This document shows positions 60,413 to 64,000 of a DNA stretch of 64,000 nt, piece after piece. Origin of the DNA: an uncultured archaeon (GTDB taxonomy: Archaea > Asgardarchaeota > Thorarchaeia > Thorarchaeales > Thorarchaeaceae). Position numbers and translations under genes: made by a program. Within the stretch, counting starts at the first letter, position 1; each line of letters starts with the position of its first letter. Below the pieces are notes generated by a model. That model saw only the letters and a program-made list of their open reading frames with translations. It was not told the DNA's origin and did no database searches. Location: NCBI GenBank assembly GCA_964458565.1, contig CAYWJO010000005.1, forward strand, positions 78,200 through 142,199, in the 5' to 3' direction.

Positions 60413-61462
60413 CTATTTTGATAATCCTGCTAAGAGACCTTCGTATTTCCGTTCTTTGTACCATACAGCAGCCTGAAATCTACTAGAAGGGATAACTAGT
60501 ACTTTTTGAGAACTTAAAATCTCTATAGCACTGCTGTAAGCTTTATGGACATACCAGCAAATGAACTCTCCAAGACTATTTGGTGCATACTCCCCTGAAC
60601 GTATGGAGGAGTGCAAGTCAACTATCGATTTTCTATTTTTCTTGAAACATCTTACTAACTGTCTGGAGTGTGTTTCTACAACATGAGTCCACTTCTTGGC
60701 ATCTGTTTCACTAAAAACAGGTATCCCAAGATATTTTCCGAGCTCCCTTGGTGAATCAATTTTCCGAGATTCCAGTACCTCAGAGCACTTCTTATCAAAT
60801 GCTCGTCTGAGTTGATTTACTTCTCCTTCAATCACATTCTGCCCAAAAGTGATGTAGTACCAGCTGCTCCAAGGAAGATTGACATCATCCTGCCCATAGT
60901 TTCCAAGACTATCATGTTCTCCTTCGATCATCCAGAAATATTAATGTGCATCCAATCTGTCAGGGCTTGGGCGTGATGGAGCCGGAGGCATCCCCTGATC
61001 ATCTATTGACAAAAAGTCGAGAAACCCTATATCGAGTATTCGCCCTCCAACCAGAAAAAACGCAAGACTCTCAAACTCATGCTCCGCGCTCAAGCTAAGG
61101 TTGTTGAACTCACAGCTAAGCTGTTCCCATTGGTCAGTTATCAAGGCTGCTAGATGTCTTCCGAATTCATCAGCATGTTATACAACTCGAAGTGTCTCAT
61201 TTTCATCTGCGACTAGAAACGCCGGTCTGTAACTATCATCTCTCTCAAGAACTAAGCTAGCAGCTAAGAGAGGTTCAATCTCACGTTTGAGTTCTTCCTT
61301 TGTATTATCAAGAATTCTGGCTAAATCATCAATATCCGGATAATCATGAAGAGTCCTGAGAATCCGTTTTCTAAAACTTGTCAAAGCACCCCATGGATTT
61401 CCACTTCCTGCCAATGATAGATGTACTCGTTCTGGAATATAGATCCACTCACTTGTCATCAC
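60413..61462 (-). pseudogene. One 350-codon gene (N-terminal wHTH-like) interrupted by two in-frame TAA stops
   Basis: ORFs 61178-61462, 60941-61144 and 60413-60931 share one frame; reads RVV*HADEFG... and DAH*YFWMIEG. Confidence 0.75.
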
Positions 61463-61663
61463 ATATACCTGCTTCAGAGTGTCATGATTGAATTATTTAG
61501 TGTAATGCAGAAAGCAATCCATCTTATCAGTTAGCATTCCGTATCCAATGAACCCAAACTCTTCATCAATACTGTCTGTCTGAAAGATATATGGTAGAAT
61601 TCAGAGAAACAACTTCAACGCTCTGGATGGTTGTAATAGATGCGACGCAAAGACATGAGCATA

Positions 61664-61990
61664 TCATCTTGCAGGCAATGAAATTTCCACATCCGCTTTT
61701 TCGTTGTCTTCCATCATTCCATATAGTTCTAGAATATCTTTTCCTCTCTGATTTATCCTGTAAAATGATACTTCTTTTGGTCCTGCTTTCTGGATTATAT
61801 GACTCACTAAGGCAAACCTAGCAAGGAATTTCAAGACACGATCAATCTGAGGATTGTGCTTAGCAGATGTATGTTCTTTCAGACCGGTGAAGGTTCTATC
61901 CTCCTCCTTTAGTAATTTTAAAATTTCAATTGCATACTTCTTACTCAATACTGCTTTGAAAATATCTATTGTCTTCATTCCTTTTCCCAC
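61664..61990 (-). CDS. HxlR/MarR-type winged-helix regulator
   Basis: LSKKYA..IL.LL....RTF..L.........IDR.LK.L....LV, Y.I..RG. Confidence 0.75.
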   Translation of the reverse strand: MGKGMKTIDIFKAVLSKKYAIEILKLLKEEDRTFTGLKEHTSAKHNPQIDRVLKFLARFALVSHIIQKAGPKEVSFYRINQRGKDILELYGMMEDNEKADVEISLPAR

Positions 61991-62015
61991 TCAATCATAT
62001 ATTAATAACAATAAT

Positions 62016-62041
62016 GTTACTTATAGTTACATATATGTTAC
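62016..62041. promoter_or_regulatory. Three phased GTTAC direct repeats in a divergent AT-rich promoter
   Basis: GTTAC at 62016, 62026 and 62037 (10-11 bp spacing). Confidence 0.45.
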
Positions 62042-62120
62042 TCATGTATTTAATACTTGCTCTCTTAACATATGCAATTGAGGGGTGCACCAACTAAAGA
62101 CAAAGGGGATGTAATATTGT

Positions 62121-62723
62121 ATGGTACGAAGACATAATGATATACTCCTTACTGATACTATGAAAGGCTTAGCTGACGAGTTTGATAACCAAATAGAGCA
62201 AGGCAAGAAAGATTTCGTTGTTTTTCTTCTAGGTCCGGGTTATCCTGAAATAACTTTGGACTTCAGAAAAGCAGTAAAAAATGAGCTAGAGGGGCAAGGG
62301 TATAATGCCGTCATAATGAGAGATGTCGATTTCACACCAAATCCTGATAGTGCAAACACTCTACGTGATAAATTCTGGCACATCATAAAGTGCTATCATA
62401 TTGAGCTGTTCATTTGTATATTCCCTGGTGATGGTCAGACACATGCTGTAATACAAGAGGTAGGTTATGTCGAAGAACATTGCGGATCAGAAACAGCAAC
62501 AAGGCTCTTCAGATTCTGTTTCAGCGATGATTTCTCTGTTCTAGAGAACATACCCCAATATACCAAGAATCTCTTCAGCGGTGTGAATACTGTTCGATAT
62601 TGTGAACTCAATCCATCATGTATCGCTTGGACTATTGGACAAATCATAGACAATGAAATAAGAGAAATCACTGTCAGAGGTTTTCGCTTATCTGATTGTT
62701 TACATCAAGAGGTTGAGAACTGA
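62121..62723 (+). CDS. Hypothetical protein, TIR/nucleoside-deoxyribosyltransferase-like fold
   Basis: VFLLGP...R..VK.EL...G...V; LFICIF....HAV..EVG pattern. Confidence 0.5.
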   Translation: MVRRHNDILLTDTMKGLADEFDNQIEQGKKDFVVFLLGPGYPEITLDFRKAVKNELEGQGYNAVIMRDVDFTPNPDSANTLRDKFWHIIKCYHIELFICIFPGDGQTHAVIQEVGYVEEHCGSETATRLFRFCFSDDFSVLENIPQYTKNLFSGVNTVRYCELNPSCIAWTIGQIIDNEIREITVRGFRLSDCLHQEVEN

Positions 62724-62740
62724 CCCGATGGTTTAAAGTG

Positions 62741-62781
62741 AAAAAAGAAGGATTCCCCAGACAGCATTCGTTAGCTGTCTG
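62741..62781 (-). terminator. Hairpin plus T-tract after hsp20, between convergent genes
   Basis: CAGACAGC/GCTGTCTG stem (62758-62781) followed on the minus strand by CTTCTTTTTT. Confidence 0.5.
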
Positions 62782-62822
62782 AGTTTTAGATTATACACCT
62801 CTTATGATGAACGTTATTGCTT

Positions 62823-63263
62823 CTATTCGATGTCAATTATATGTCCGTCGAATTCTTCCGTCATCTTCAATGTAATCTCTAGGATTCCGTTATTGAATGA
62901 AGCCTTTACATTATCCGAATCAAGTTCTCTTGGAAGTGTATAACTTCGCATGTATTTCCGATTTTTGTTCTCGCCTTTGATTTTAATCGTTCTACCACTG
63001 ACATTGATTTGGATGTCTTTCTTGTCGAGTCCGGGCATCTCTAGGACAAGCCCGACTTCATCTCTTTCTTTATCGAATTCCATCTCACCGAAGGGGACTC
63101 TCCAGCTTCTATCGAGAATGCCAGTTTCATTGAATGGCGAACGCATGAATGGTTCGGTAAGCTCTCTGAACATTCTATCAATATCCATTAGTCCGAATCC
63201 TCTCCATGGTGACCAGAATCGATCACGTTCTACGATGTTTTTATCATCTGAATCTGTACTCAT
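62823..63263 (-). CDS. Hsp20 small heat-shock protein
   Basis: EMPG..K.DI...V, Y.R...LP, A.F.NGILEI. Confidence 0.9.
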   Translation of the reverse strand: MSTDSDDKNIVERDRFWSPWRGFGLMDIDRMFRELTEPFMRSPFNETGILDRSWRVPFGEMEFDKERDEVGLVLEMPGLDKKDIQINVSGRTIKIKGENKNRKYMRSYTLPRELDSDNVKASFNNGILEITLKMTEEFDGHIIDIE

Positions 63264-63530
63264 ATCGTATCATCTCCAATTATCTAGTACTATGATACCT
63301 TTCAGTCCCTAAAACTAATAAACCTTATGGTCCCTAGACACTCGTAATGAGGAATACCTAGTCGCTTATGAGAGTCATGAGTGCTATGGCCCAACAACTC
63401 TAGGGGGGTCTGTGAGCATTACCGATCCCGCCATGGAAAATACCGCGGAACAAATATCTACCGCCATTGACGCCCTAAAGGTTCCTGAAAGTCAAGTCTC
63501 TACAGTTCAGCGGGCTGAAGCTCAGCCCCT

Positions 63531-63909
63531 GAAGAGGAATTATGTTCCTATGAAACTGGCCAAAAAGGCTATACAGCAACAGGACTAGCTATCCGTAGGA
63601 GAATAGTTTGAAGGAGTCAGGAAAGTGTCCCAAATGTGGGAGTACCAGCATCTACGAGCCAGCGAGACCACCACAAGGCATTATTGTAAAGCCCCTCCGC
63701 ATAGCTCAATTTGAGTATTATGTCTGCAAGGACTGCGGATACATAGAGGAGTACTTGACCGAAAAGGGTCGCCAAACCTTTGAGAAACACTGGCATTTGA
63801 GGTCCACAGAGCCCAGAATGTGCTCTACCTGTGGAGCAGATTTGCCAGCAGGCGCAAAGACGTGCTATCGATGTGGCACTGACATTTGAAGAAGAGGAAC
63901 GATGTTCCT
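63531..63909. repeat. Pair of 19-bp direct repeats GAAGAGGAAnnATGTTCCT (63531-63549, 63891-63909) flanking a zinc-ribbon gene
   Basis: 17 of 19 nt identical; each copy internally palindromic (AGGAA-n5-TTCCT). Confidence 0.6.
63608..63889 (+). CDS. Double zinc-ribbon protein
   Basis: CPKCGS...C..CGY.E.Y and CSTCG......C..CG. Confidence 0.75.
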   Translation: MKESGKCPKCGSTSIYEPARPPQGIIVKPLRIAQFEYYVCKDCGYIEEYLTEKGRQTFEKHWHLRSTEPRMCSTCGADLPAGAKTCYRCGTDI

Positions 63910-64000
63910 TCGATATTGGATAAATCTCGTGTACACGAGTCAGGAGCGGTCCTGACTCTCGCTGGTGACAGCAGTCGCGAGAAGGGCGAAACGCGGAAGT

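Noticed and set aside
63412-63588. 58-aa ORF (VSITDPAMENTAEQ...) upstream of the zinc-ribbon gene
   Set aside because: No recognisable motif, and it overlaps the hairpin and repeat; cannot be supported as a gene
1-64000. CRISPR arrays, rRNA genes, transposases or integrases
   Set aside because: None recognised by eye in this window

Overview
Archaeal chromosomal window, most likely from an Asgard archaeon and possibly Thorarchaeia. That assignment is inferred from a Roadblock/DENN-like/MglA-type GTPase operon set in an otherwise archaeal gene set. Most of the window is core information-processing genes: pyrG, Hel308, intein-containing MCM, two GINS subunits, RFC-S/L, two Cdc6/Orc1, PolD DP1, PCNA, PriS, an RPA14-like OB protein, a degenerate GAN/Cdc45, KEOPS Kae1/Bud32/Pcc1, uS15, eS1, Csl4, Rpo11 and TFS. 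It also holds an HdrC-HdrB-HdrA-HdrA/MvhD-GltD-like cluster next to an acyl-CoA dehydrogenase, and two accessory patches (about 34.1-37.9 kb and 59.7-64 kb). Reading the DNA directly shows several features missing from the ORF track: (1) four tRNA genes, all intron-containing, with 5 introns of which 3 lie at non-canonical T-arm positions; (2) a tRNA-Leu(TAG) gene broken into 5' and 3' pieces 3 kb apart, with an intact inverted tRNA-Leu(TAG) and a homologous promoter nested inside; (3) a box C/D sRNA candidate whose guide predicts Cm34 of tRNA-Leu(CAA); (4) several small unannotated ORFs. All product calls come from motif recognition by eye; no database searches were run.
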